DNA of 64,000 bases from Negativicutes bacterium. GTDB lineage: Bacteria; Bacillota; JAAYKD01. Every line of letters begins with the position of its first letter. Within the stretch, counting starts at the first letter, position 1. The stretch covers positions 28,355 to 92,354 of the forward strand of contig JAJFTT010000036.1 in the NCBI GenBank assembly GCA_021372785.1, read 5' to 3'. The notes under the pieces are model-generated. The model had not been told where the DNA came from, ran no database searches, and saw nothing but the letters and a program-made list of their open reading frames with translations. Of this stretch, positions 1 to 9,618 are shown one piece after another. The position numbers and the translations under genes are program-made.

Positions 1-101
1 GAAGATTTTTGGCCGACATCCGCGTATGCGATACCCGAGAGCAATACACTGCAAAAGAGCAGAATAAGCAGCAGCGCGCAGATTGGCAGACAGCGTTTTT
101 T
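1..101 (-). CDS. N-terminal fragment of a secreted or membrane protein with a signal-peptide-like start. The gene runs off the window start.
   Basis: Reverse complement of nt 1-105 reads TTG-KKRCLPICALLLILLFCSVLLSGIAYADVGQKS with a GGAGAGG ribosome-binding site upstream. Only about 33 codons are visible. Confidence 0.3.
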
Positions 102-307
102 CAATTCACCTCTCCCCTCTCTCCGTCGGAATTTTTTATCGTCTGCACTGAGATTATAACATAACCAGGGCCCGAAGGAAATTCAGCAGCCAAAAAAACA
201 GATCAAGTTTTCAAATTGATCGGCTCTTTGTGACAGAATCACAGAATGCTGATCTTTAAACTGCTATCATCAACAAAATAAACCAATCTGTGGAGGAATA
301 TGATAGG

Positions 308-724
308 ATGAAAAAAACTTTGACATTGCTCTTCCTGCTGCTTCTTGCTGTCTTGCTTGTCTCCTGCGGCGTCTCTGCAACCGGCTCCGGCGCAGGGTAT
401 CAGAAAATTAGCGCGCAAAGCGCTAAGGCACGCATCGACAGCCAGGATGAGCTGACGATTGTTGACGTTCGTACGGAAGAGGAGTTTCTGGTAAAACATA
501 TTGAAAACGCCATCCTGATTCCGAATGAAACGATTACGACCGAAAAGCCCGCTCTCTTACCGGATTTGGATGCGGAAATTCTCATCTATTGCCGGTCTGG
601 CAATCGCAGCGCACAGGCTGCGAAAAAGTTAGTAAAATTGGGATATCGCAAAATATACGATCTCGGCGGCATCAACGACTGGCCTTATGCTACAGTAAGT
701 GAGTTAAAAAGCAGCACACCTTAG
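308..724 (+). CDS. Rhodanese-domain sulfurtransferase, probably a lipoprotein
   Basis: GGAGG ribosome-binding site 11 nt upstream of ATG 308. The N-terminus MKKTLTLLFLLLLAVLLVSCG has the shape of a lipoprotein signal peptide. The rhodanese active-site loop reads CRSGNRS. Confidence 0.8.
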   Translation: MKKTLTLLFLLLLAVLLVSCGVSATGSGAGYQKISAQSAKARIDSQDELTIVDVRTEEEFLVKHIENAILIPNETITTEKPALLPDLDAEILIYCRSGNRSAQAAKKLVKLGYRKIYDLGGINDWPYATVSELKSSTP

Positions 725-737
725 TTAACAAAAAAAC

Positions 738-781
738 CACCTTCCGCCGGCAGTCGTTAACGGGAGGTGTTTTGCTGTTCC
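738..781. terminator. Bidirectional rho-independent terminator between convergent genes
   Basis: 9 bp stem CACCUUCCG / CGGGAGGUG (one G-U pair), flanked by an A-run on one side and a T-run on the other. Confidence 0.5.
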
Positions 782-892
782 GGTTATCAAATTAAACGCT
801 CGGACCCGACAGGCGGCATGAAGTTTCTTTTCACTGTAAACCAGGAGACAGGATTCATCGCGGTTTACGCCTTATCTTTGAATTTCCAATCT

Positions 893-2662
893 CTAAACGG
901 GATTCTGAATTTGATTCATTTTCCAGTAATAGCCGTGTTTGGCCAGCAGCTGCTCATGCGTACCGCTTTCCACAATGCCGCCCTCCTCGATGACAAGAAT
1001 GAGATTCGCATGCCGAATGGTAGACAAGCGATGTGCGACGGCAACAATGGTGCGTGATCCAGCCAACTGGTTGACCGCTTCTTGAATCTTCCGTTCGGTT
1101 TCCAAATCGACCGACGCAGTTGCTTCATCGAGAATAACAATCGGAGAATTGCGTAAAATGGCGCGCGCTATGGCAACGCGTTGCTTTTGGCCGACAGACA
1201 AGCGTATCCCTCGTTCGCCGACTTCGCTATCATACTGTGCCGGCATCGTCAGGATGTCTTCATGAATGTAAGCTGCTTTGGAGGCTGCGATAATCTCCTC
1301 CCGCGTCGCCTCGGGGCGGGCATAACGAATGTTTTCCAGGATCGTTCCGCTAAAGAGAAAAGTTTCCTGCAAAACCGGCGAGATATTGCTGCGTAAACTG
1401 GCTTTGGTCATTGTCCGGATGTCAATGCCGTCAATCCGAATAACACCGGAATCCGGCTCATAAAAGCGAGGAATGAGCTGCGTCAGGGTGGTTTTACCGA
1501 CTCCGGTTGGACCAACCAAAGCTACCATTTGTCCCGGTTCACAGTGAAAAGTTATATGGCGCAGGACCGGCAGATCCTGCTGATAACTAAAACTGACATC
1601 CTCAAAATCCAGCCTGCCTTTGAGGGCGCCAGCATCGATAGCACCTTCCTGTTCTTCGATTTTAACCGGTGTGTCCAGAATCAACATGACCCGTTCCGCA
1701 CCTGCCAAGGCTTGCTGTGCGTTTTCTAATAGCTGTGAGAGACCGCTGACCGGCGCATAGAATAAGGATAAATATAAGAGAAAGGCTACGATATCTGAAA
1801 CTGAGAGTTGTGCGCGAAAAGCCAATACCCCACCTGCTCCAACCACGATCACCATACCAACGGAAGAGAGGAATTCGACAAAAGGATGGAATACGGCGCC
1901 CGCTTTCAGCGCCAGCAGCATAGTATTCACTTGGGCAAATATTTTTTCCTGCATGCGGTTCGATTCATCATTTTCGCGGACAAAAGATTGAATTTCATGC
2001 ATACCGGCCAGGTTGTCCTGCAGTTTTGCATTCAGTTCTCCGACTGCTCTTTGAGAGTTCTGGAAATAGGGCCGCACTTTTTTGGCAAAAATGATCCCGG
2101 AAAAAACAATAAATGGAATAGGAATGCAAGTCAATGCAGCCAAGCGCCAGTTGATAGTCAGCAGAATGCTTAAAACACCGAAAAAAGTAACGAGATTGAT
2201 CAGCATTTCCGGAATGATATGAGCATACAGCAATTCAAATTCGCGGGTGTCGTTGACCACACGGCTCATTAAGTCACCGGTCTGTTGATCTGTAAAGAAG
2301 CCAAGATCCAGGCTTTGCAGTTTATTATAGATTTTTGTGCGCAGATCACCCACCAAAAGCCAGGCGGCTTTGTGTGCCTGATAGTTGCTTAAAAAGCGAA
2401 ACAAAATGCGTAACAGATAGAGCAGCAAGAGTTCCAAAGTAAGAATTTTGATTTGATTCAGGTCGGCTTGTGTCATACCGCTGCCGACGAATCCGGTCAT
2501 GCCGGACAACAGTCTCGGCGCGGTTAGGTTGATCAGGGTCAGGGACAATGCCGAGATAATTGCAGCCGCATAAAGCCGTTTGTAGCGAAAGGCATCACGG
2601 GAAAATTTAATAATCAGCTTCATGGACCCTGCGCCTCCTCTCTCAGAAAGATATTCGCCCAA
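893..2662 (-). CDS. ABC transporter with fused permease and ATPase, MsbA/multidrug-exporter type
   Basis: 589 aa with an N-terminal 6-TM domain, Walker A motif GPTGVGKTT, ABC signature LSVGQKQR, and Walker B motif ILDEATASVD. Confidence 0.85.
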   Translation of the reverse strand: MGEYLSERGGAGSMKLIIKFSRDAFRYKRLYAAAIISALSLTLINLTAPRLLSGMTGFVGSGMTQADLNQIKILTLELLLLYLLRILFRFLSNYQAHKAAWLLVGDLRTKIYNKLQSLDLGFFTDQQTGDLMSRVVNDTREFELLYAHIIPEMLINLVTFFGVLSILLTINWRLAALTCIPIPFIVFSGIIFAKKVRPYFQNSQRAVGELNAKLQDNLAGMHEIQSFVRENDESNRMQEKIFAQVNTMLLALKAGAVFHPFVEFLSSVGMVIVVGAGGVLAFRAQLSVSDIVAFLLYLSLFYAPVSGLSQLLENAQQALAGAERVMLILDTPVKIEEQEGAIDAGALKGRLDFEDVSFSYQQDLPVLRHITFHCEPGQMVALVGPTGVGKTTLTQLIPRFYEPDSGVIRIDGIDIRTMTKASLRSNISPVLQETFLFSGTILENIRYARPEATREEIIAASKAAYIHEDILTMPAQYDSEVGERGIRLSVGQKQRVAIARAILRNSPIVILDEATASVDLETERKIQEAVNQLAGSRTIVAVAHRLSTIRHANLILVIEEGGIVESGTHEQLLAKHGYYWKMNQIQNPV

Positions 2663-3189
2663 AGCTGAAGCCGGGTTATTCTTTCCTGTTCGCTCAGTGC
2701 TGTCATCGCTTTTGCTTCCGACCTGATTTCAGCGGGCCATTTTGTCTCCACGGGAGTTTTTCCCTACTCCGTCCGATAAAGCGCAGCAGCACGTCGTTCA
2801 TTTGACAATTTCTCCCGCAAGACCTGCTTCTTCCGGACCAGGGATAGGATCAATTTTTTTGAAAAAAGGCGGAGCTGCAGTGCAAAAGCAGCAGGAGCTG
2901 AAAGCTGACAAGTTGAGCCAGGCAATACCTTTCTTCGCCATCGGTCATTGAGCATGGGTATCTATTGAATAAGTATGACATACTATCTCACAATGTCAAG
3001 CTGCTTTCAAGCAAACTCGGTTCGCTTTCTGACAGACTATCTTTTGTTTCCAAGCATAAATATTTCTTTTGAAAAGACACACTTTTGCCACAATTCTTTG
3101 TTATGATAGGACTGCAGTGAATTCCGGTGTGCATGATAGCGCGCGGAAAATCCAGAAAATCTTCACTGCAAAAAAGGAGGTTTTACAAA

Positions 3190-3806
3190 TGAAAAAAACG
3201 ACCCGGATTTTGCTGGTCATAACGATGATCCTGGCTGTCAGCAGCGGAGCTTTCTTCGTTTTTGCAGCTTCCAGTTACTCCACACCGGCTGAAATCGTTG
3301 CAGGTTTGACCGGACGGAGTTTGGAGAGTGTGATCGCGGAGCATGAGGCAACCGGTGAGAATTACGGTCAGATTGCCGCAGCTGCCGGTCTGCGCGATGA
3401 ATTCATCAGTGAGATGGCTTTGCTTCGCCAAGATAAAATTGCCGCCAAAGTAGCTTCGGGAGAGATTACCCAGGCGCAAGCCGACGAAATCCTCAGCCTG
3501 CTTGCCGCTCGTCGAGTGCTGGGCAATGGTTTGGCTGCCAGAATCAGCCAAAAGTTAGGCTTGGGTCGCGGTATGATGAATGGCTTTGGTCAAAATATCG
3601 AAGTTCTCAAAGAGAAGATCGCTGCAAAAGTAGCCTCCGGCGATTTAACCCAAAACCAGGCTGATCAAATTCTTGCTTTGATTGCAGACCGCCAGGCGAA
3701 TTTCGCAGACGGCAATCCGGGAACAGCGAATCGCTGGCGAATGGGTATGCGAGCCGATTTACGTCAGAAGATCGCCAATTTCCAGAACAACAAAACCAAT
3801 CGTTAA
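3190..3806 (+). CDS. Membrane-anchored repeat protein of unknown function
   Basis: AAGGAGG ribosome-binding site before ATG 3190 and a signal-anchor sequence MKKTTRILLVITMILAVSSGAFFVFA. Two tandem copies of an approximately 33 aa unit (KIAAKVASG[ED][IL]TQ[AN]QAD[EQ]IL[SA]L[LI]A). The longer ORF beginning at 3069 has no ribosome-binding site. Confidence 0.55.
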
Positions 3807-3835
3807 GCTTCAATGGAAGCGCCTCTACCGGTAAG

Positions 3836-3886
3836 AACCCCTGTGCCTGAATTATCAGCAGGCATAGGGGTTTTTCATGGTCATCT
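3836..3886 (+). terminator. Rho-independent terminator
   Basis: 12 bp stem CCCCUGUGCCUG / CAGGCAUAGGGG followed by UUUUU. Confidence 0.6.
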
Positions 3887-4013
3887 GAACAACTTGGCTT
3901 TCACGTTTGATCATTTTTGCCGTATACAGTGACATAATCTTTTCGAAAAGATAAATAAACATAGTCATTGATCTTGCACTGGCTGGCAGTGGAATTGCCC
4001 AATGTAGGCACCA

Positions 4014-4295
4014 TCAGGTTTCCCCTGCCAACAAAACCAGATATCTGGAACGAAACCCCAAATATTCTTTTTGCAGGATCCTACCAGGTATCTCGTTTTC
4101 GGAAAAAACGAGATACCTGGGCGCAGCAGCAAAACTTCCTTGTCTTTGCCGGCGGATTCCTTGCCTAAAATTTGAGCGATTCTCTGCTGACCATAAAAAA
4201 TTCGCCCGGCCCACAAAGTCAGCCACAAATTCATTGATCGGCTGTTGGTAAACAGCAGCAGGAGCAGCCGTTTGCCAAATGCCTTCCCGAACCAT
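4014..4295 (-). pseudogene. Remnant of the C-terminal regulatory domain of a PotA/CysA-type ABC ATPase
   Basis: The translation contains QQPINEFVADFVGRANFL, which matches the P-x-N-x-FVA-x-F-[IV]-G motif found after the nucleotide-binding domain in PotA/CysA/ModC ATPases. There is no upstream Walker A, Walker B or signature motif, and the ORF is only 93 aa. Confidence 0.45.
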
Positions 4296-4360
4296 TACGC
4301 AGATACGAAATCCGCAATACTCATCGTTTCTTCAGCGGCAAATTATTGAGCTTTTTCTAT

Positions 4361-5809
4361 TTAAAGGCTGTCTGGGAAATCATTCCTGAACTGATGCACT
4401 AGATTTTCCTGCCAATCAGAGGTTGCTTGCAAACGGCCAAAGAAGAATCTGAGATTCTTGGGTTCTTCGACAAATTCCAGCCCTCCCACCAGGTGACGAT
4501 TCTGGTGCAGCCAGGCAATGCGATCGATCGCATATTTAATCTGCGATAAGGTAAATACCCGTCTGGGTACGGCTAATCTCAATAATTCCATGGTCGAAAG
4601 TGTTTCGTTCCCTGCCGGGTCACGCTGTTCAGACATCGTGCCGCGTTCCATACCGCGCACTCCGCCGGCCAGATAGAGAGCCGCCGCTAAAGCGCCCGCC
4701 GGATATTCCTGCTGCGGTATCTGATCGACAAAAGCCATGGCATCCAAATGACAGCCCAATCCGCCGGCCGGTGTCACTACCGGCACACCGCGTTTTACCA
4801 ATTCATCTGTCATAAAAGCGATAAATTGCGGACCCTGGCTGATCACGTCTTCTTCCATGGTTTCATCCAAACCCACGGTCAGTGCTTCCATTTCCCGCAC
4901 GGACATACCGCCGTAGGTCAGGAATCCTTCGTATAAAGTAATCAGCTCGCGCATTTTCAAATAGAGCTTTCGATCGTGCATGCAAATACCGCCGCCTTTG
5001 GCAAAACCTAATTTGCGCGCCGAGAAATAGGTAATATCACAAAGTGAAGAAATCGCCAATGTGATTTCCCGGATGCTCATCGATTTGCACTGCTCTTCCC
5101 TTTCTTTCATGAAATGCAGATTATCGGCAAGTAAGCTGGCATCGAGCACCAGGAGAATCTGATGTTTGGCGCAGACTTTATTAACCTCCTGCAGATTGGC
5201 CAGGGAAAACGGCTGACCGCCGATCAGGTTCGTCCCTGCTTCCATGCGGACAAATGCGATTTTCTCACTGCCATGCCGAGCAATGCAATTCTCCAGTTTT
5301 TCGATATCCATGTTGCCTTTGAATAATTCCTGGCTGGTCACCTTGGTACCGCGGTCAGAGAGCAGTTCTTCAACCGAGCCGCCATTCAGCGTAATATGAG
5401 CTTTGGTCGTCGTGAAATGATAGTTCATCGGTGTGATCATACCAGGTTTGACGAAGACTTGCGCCAGGATATTTTCACAGGCCCGGCCCTGATGCGCAGG
5501 CAAGAAAAACTCTGTCCCGAAAATCCGGCGGATTTTTTCTTCCAGGCGCACATATGTTTCACTGCCGGCATAACTGTCGTCAGCCACCATCATGGCGCCT
5601 AATTGACGATCACTCATGGCATTGACACCGCTGTCGGTCAGCATATCCAAGAAGACATCGCGGTTATTCAAAAGGAACGTATTGTTGCCGGCTTTTTTAA
5701 TGCAAAGCAGGCGCTCCTCAATCGGCAGCAACTGCAGTTTCTGTACGATGCGGACCTTATGCATCTCCAAGGGGATTTGTTCTCCACTGAAAAATTGAAT
5801 GTTTGACAT
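4361..5809 (-). CDS. tpl: Beta-eliminating lyase (tryptophanase / tyrosine phenol-lyase family), more Tpl-like
   Basis: 482 aa. NTFLLNNRDVFLDMLTDSGVNAMSDRQLGAMMVADDSYAGSE closely parallels Citrobacter Tpl. The FTTT block is Tpl-like (TnaA has FDTT). A PLP-lysine region is present. The upstream T-box specifier reads UAC (Tyr). Confidence 0.75.
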   Translation of the reverse strand: MSNIQFFSGEQIPLEMHKVRIVQKLQLLPIEERLLCIKKAGNNTFLLNNRDVFLDMLTDSGVNAMSDRQLGAMMVADDSYAGSETYVRLEEKIRRIFGTEFFLPAHQGRACENILAQVFVKPGMITPMNYHFTTTKAHITLNGGSVEELLSDRGTKVTSQELFKGNMDIEKLENCIARHGSEKIAFVRMEAGTNLIGGQPFSLANLQEVNKVCAKHQILLVLDASLLADNLHFMKEREEQCKSMSIREITLAISSLCDITYFSARKLGFAKGGGICMHDRKLYLKMRELITLYEGFLTYGGMSVREMEALTVGLDETMEEDVISQGPQFIAFMTDELVKRGVPVVTPAGGLGCHLDAMAFVDQIPQQEYPAGALAAALYLAGGVRGMERGTMSEQRDPAGNETLSTMELLRLAVPRRVFTLSQIKYAIDRIAWLHQNRHLVGGLEFVEEPKNLRFFFGRLQATSDWQENLVHQFRNDFPDSL

Positions 5810-5905
5810 GAAATTAGCCCTCCTTATTTTTTTGATTGATTCTTACACGGATGAACTTGCAATCATTGTAGCCGGGTTCCATTTCATCATCCCTCTCATC
5901 AGAAA

Positions 5906-6210
5906 TTAAAAAAAACCCGTCCTTTGTGTATCAAACAATACACAAAGGACGGAGAGTTTTCCGTGTTACCACCTTAATTTTTTTGACATTTCACAATGCC
6001 AATCTTATCAAGTATCAGCCGAAAGGCGAATACTCTAGCACGATAACGGATGCAGAGTTCCGGCTTAACCTACTAAGGGCAGCACCCCGTTCAGCAAGCA
6101 GCTCGGAAGATGTATTCGGAATACCATTCCTTGCCCCTCTCACCTGCCGGTAGCTCTCTGTAAGGAATTCTCGTATTCGTACTGGTTCTTCGTCAAAGCC
6201 ATTTACAATT
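5906..6210 (-). promoter_or_regulatory. T-box riboswitch leader, tyrosine (UAC) specifier
   Basis: Read on the minus strand. Stem I carries an AGUA / GAA S-turn with the specifier loop GAA-UAC-A (the codon maps to plus-strand 6112-6114), an AG box AGAGAG and a GNUGA box GGUGA. The T-box sequence AAUUAAGGUGGUAACACGG lies at 5961-5979. A terminator hairpin at 5916-5953 (15 bp stem) is followed by U8 (plus-strand A-run 5906-5915). Confidence 0.75.
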
Positions 6211-6216
6211 TTCATC

Positions 6217-6246
6217 ATAGTAACATTTCGTGAGAGCTTCTGTCAA
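6217..6246 (-). promoter_or_regulatory. Sigma-A type promoter driving the T-box leader and lyase gene
   Basis: On the minus strand: TTGACA, an 18 nt spacer, then TACTAT, placed just upstream of the T-box Stem I. Confidence 0.5.
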
Positions 6247-6428
6247 GCGTTATTTTCTTTCGAATCACTCTTTCGAATCGCTTTCTTGCGGTTTCATCAT
6301 ACCGGAGTATCCCGTCTACCTTAGCGCAGGGAAATGATACGCATTGACCGCAATCATGCTTCGCCCAGAAGCTGGAGGCGGTACTGCTTCATTAAATATC
6401 GGAGCAGACATCATCAGAATTACACGAA

Positions 6429-7079
6429 CTATTCGTTATTCCGATGATCTCCGGTGATCGCGAATTCTACCCATTCGGCAATATTAACCGAATGATCACC
6501 GATCCGTTCAAAATACTTGGCGATCATCAGCAAATCGAGGGCTTGCCCTCCCTTTTCGGGTGCAATTGTGATGATACCAATCAGCTCTCTCTTGATGGTA
6601 TCGAATAACTCGTCCACGATATCATCCATTTGCATGACTTCCAGTGCAAGCGCCAAATCTCTTTTGACAAACGCATCAATGCTTTTATTCACCATTTTTA
6701 TGGTTTCCGCAGCCATCATCGGTAAATGCTCGATTTTTTTGATATAGGGCTCATCCGCCAGGTAAACAATGATTTCGGAGATATCCCTGGCTTGGTCGCC
6801 GATTCGTTCCATGTCGGTTATCATTTTTAAGGCGGCTGAAATAAAGCGCAGATCTCTGGCTACCGGTTGTTGCTGTAATAAGAGTTTCAGACAAAGATTC
6901 TCAATATGGCGCTCCTTTTCATTGATTTCCACTTCGAAAGAAATTGCCTTGTTCGCTTCCTCAACATTCTTCTGCAGCAACGCGATCGATGTGGTTTGAA
7001 TTGCATTTTCAATCAGTAATCCCATTTCAATCAGCTCGGTATTCAATAGATCCAATTGTTCGTCAAATTTTGTTCGCAT
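6429..7079 (-). CDS. phoU: Phosphate signalling complex protein PhoU
   Basis: 216 aa, two PhoU repeats, MRTKFDEQLDLL start, and position at the end of the pst operon. Confidence 0.9.
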   Translation of the reverse strand: MRTKFDEQLDLLNTELIEMGLLIENAIQTTSIALLQKNVEEANKAISFEVEINEKERHIENLCLKLLLQQQPVARDLRFISAALKMITDMERIGDQARDISEIIVYLADEPYIKKIEHLPMMAAETIKMVNKSIDAFVKRDLALALEVMQMDDIVDELFDTIKRELIGIITIAPEKGGQALDLLMIAKYFERIGDHSVNIAEWVEFAITGDHRNNE

Positions 7080-7157
7080 TTGATAAGCCTCCTCTTTCGT
7101 TGATTTATTGATTCATCGTTCTCCGTGCGCAAACATCTTTTCATCACCACAGTGGGT

Positions 7158-7919
7158 TTAGCCAAATCTTCCGGTAATATAATCACTTGTGCGCTGATCT
7201 TTCGGATTGGCAAAAACTTCTTCGGTCTGGCCGTGTTCAATCAGGTTTCCCATCAGCATGAAGGCGACCCTGTCCGCAATGCGTGCTGCCTGCTGAACGG
7301 TATGAGGCGCAATGATAATGGTATAGTGCTCTTTCAGCTGTCTTAAAGAGTCCTCGATTTTTGAGGTTGAGACCGGATCCAGGGCAGAACAAGGTCTGTC
7401 CAGCAAGATGATCTCCGGTTCCAGCGCCAGGACACGAGCAATACAGAGACGCTGCTGTTGCCCGCCGGATAACCTGGTTGCCGGTGTATGCAGCCGATCC
7501 TTTACTTCATCCCAGAGCGCCGCCAGACGAAGCGACTTTTCCGCTTTCTCAGCCAAAATCGTGTTGCTCTTCAGTCCGAGCATCCGCGGACCCAGGACGA
7601 TATTGTCAAAGACGGACATCGGAAGCGGCGTAGGTACATCGAAGACCATGCCCACTTTACGCCGTAATTCGGTAACATTGATCTCGGGAGAGAAAATACT
7701 GTTGCCATCAATCAGAATTTCACCTGTCCTGTGCGCATTGAGGTTCAAATCGCTGAGCCGATTGAGTGTACGGAGCAGTGTCGTAATGCCGCTGTTTGCC
7801 GGCCCAAAAACTGCCAGAATTTCATTTGCCGGGATCTCCAAACTGAAATTGCGGATCGCCTGATTTGTCTGATAATAGAAATTTAAATCCTTAATTGCTA
7901 TTTTGGCCTGTTGACTCAT
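7158..7919 (-). CDS. pstB: Phosphate ABC transporter ATP-binding protein
   Basis: 253 aa with [33 protein letters not shown] and IILLDRPCSALD motifs, immediately downstream of pstA. Confidence 0.9.
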   Translation of the reverse strand: MSQQAKIAIKDLNFYYQTNQAIRNFSLEIPANEILAVFGPANSGITTLLRTLNRLSDLNLNAHRTGEILIDGNSIFSPEINVTELRRKVGMVFDVPTPLPMSVFDNIVLGPRMLGLKSNTILAEKAEKSLRLAALWDEVKDRLHTPATRLSGGQQQRLCIARVLALEPEIILLDRPCSALDPVSTSKIEDSLRQLKEHYTIIIAPHTVQQAARIADRVAFMLMGNLIEHGQTEEVFANPKDQRTSDYITGRFG

Positions 7920-7929
7920 TTTTCACCTC

Positions 7930-8766
7930 TTAACGGCCTTTCGATACGAAACGATCGACCAGCATGTTGAATACGACATTGATGAGAAAGATCAGAATGA
8001 TTAAGAGCGCTGCGGTAGCGTAGGCATTTTTCATGGATAAACCTTCTCGTGCCAGAATGTAAAAATGAACCGCCATCGTCCGGGTCGGTGAAAAGAGTGA
8101 AGTTGGCATGCGCAAGGCAGAGCCGGCCGTTAAACTGACAGCGGCGGTTTCAGACACACAGCGACCAATGCTCAAAATGATGCCATTGGCGATTCCCGGT
8201 AAAGCAGATGGAATGACCGTCTGGGTTATGGTTTGCCATTTGCTGGCTCCCAAAGAAAACCCAACTTCCCGATAAAGATTTGGCACTGTACGAATGGCTT
8301 CCTCCGAGGTTCGAATGATGGTCGGTAAAATCATGATTGCCATGGTCAGACCACCCGAGAGGATCGACCATCCCATATGAAGATAAGTTACAAAAAAGAT
8401 AAAACCAAAAAGTCCGAAAACAATCGAAGGAATTCCGGCCAGTGATTCCGCACTGAAACGAATCACCTGCGTCATTTTATTTTCACGCGTATACTCGGTC
8501 AGGTAAATTGCCGTGCCGATGCCGAAGGGGGTGGCGATCAGGACAGCGACGGCGGTTACCAATAACGTGCCGACAATGGGGGAGGAAATACCGCCGGAGC
8601 GTCCCATATTGCGGGGAATTTCCGTTAAAAACTGCCAGCTGAGGGCCGGTAAGCCCTTAAGAAGAATATCGCCGATGATCGCAAGAAGAACCACGATGAC
8701 GAGAAGGGCGGCTGACCAGATGACAAATTTGGCTATTTTTTGACTGGTTCGCGGATTAATCTTCAT
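7930..8766 (-). CDS. pstA: Phosphate ABC transporter permease PstA
   Basis: 278 aa, 6 TM, with an EAA-like loop typical of binding-protein-dependent transport permeases, located between pstC and pstB. Confidence 0.9.
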   Translation of the reverse strand: MKINPRTSQKIAKFVIWSAALLVIVVLLAIIGDILLKGLPALSWQFLTEIPRNMGRSGGISSPIVGTLLVTAVAVLIATPFGIGTAIYLTEYTRENKMTQVIRFSAESLAGIPSIVFGLFGFIFFVTYLHMGWSILSGGLTMAIMILPTIIRTSEEAIRTVPNLYREVGFSLGASKWQTITQTVIPSALPGIANGIILSIGRCVSETAAVSLTAGSALRMPTSLFSPTRTMAVHFYILAREGLSMKNAYATAALLIILIFLINVVFNMLVDRFVSKGR

Positions 8767-8772
8767 ACTGTC

Positions 8773-9618
8773 TCATTTCTTTCTTGTAATATATTGCGCG
8801 CTGGCATTCATAATCATGATGATGATAAAGAGCACAATACCGGTGGCGAAAAGGGCCTGTTGATGCTCGCCCGCCGCGTAACCCATCTCAATACCAATGT
8901 TGGTCGTCAAAGTTCGAGCCGGATCCAGAATCGATTGAGGAATGGCGACAGCATTTCCCAACACCATAATCACAGCCATCGTTTCACCAATGGCGCGGCC
9001 GAGCCCTAGAATCACAGCTGCGACCACCCCGGATTTGGCTGCCGGCAGTAATAGATAATAGATTGTTTGCCAATGCGTCAAACCCAAAGCAAATGCGCCT
9101 TCGCGATATTGCTGCGGTAAGGCAAGCAAAGAGACTTCCGAGATGCTGATGATTGTCGGCAGGATCATAATCGCCAGGATAATAGAACCAGCCAAAATAC
9201 TCAAACCCGGACCTCCTAAATAATTACGGATCAGTGGCACAATGAACAGGACACCCCAAAAGCCAAAGACGACCGAAGGAATCCCGGCCAGCAATTGAAT
9301 CGCCGGTCTGAACAGAGTTCTGACCACGGCAGGGGCAAATTCAGTTAAAAAAATACTACAGCAGATGGCAATCGGAACTCCCAAAACAGCGGCACCCAAA
9401 GTAACGGAAACGGAACCGACAATCATGGGAAAAATACCATAGGCTCCTTGACTGGGAGCCCATTTCATACCGAAAACGAAATTGATCACGCCGACCTTGG
9501 CGATGATTGGTAACCCATGCATCAAGATAAAAACAGTAATCAGTGCCAAAACAGAAAGAGCCGAAAGAGCAATCAACAGGAAGATGCGTTCCGATAGGTT
9601 TTCTTTAAATTTCTTCAT
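8773..9618 (-). CDS. pstC: Phosphate ABC transporter permease PstC
   Basis: 281 aa multi-TM permease whose start overlaps the pstS stop. Confidence 0.9.
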   Translation of the reverse strand: MKKFKENLSERIFLLIALSALSVLALITVFILMHGLPIIAKVGVINFVFGMKWAPSQGAYGIFPMIVGSVSVTLGAAVLGVPIAICCSIFLTEFAPAVVRTLFRPAIQLLAGIPSVVFGFWGVLFIVPLIRNYLGGPGLSILAGSIILAIMILPTIISISEVSLLALPQQYREGAFALGLTHWQTIYYLLLPAAKSGVVAAVILGLGRAIGETMAVIMVLGNAVAIPQSILDPARTLTTNIGIEMGYAAGEHQQALFATGIVLFIIIMIMNASAQYITRKK

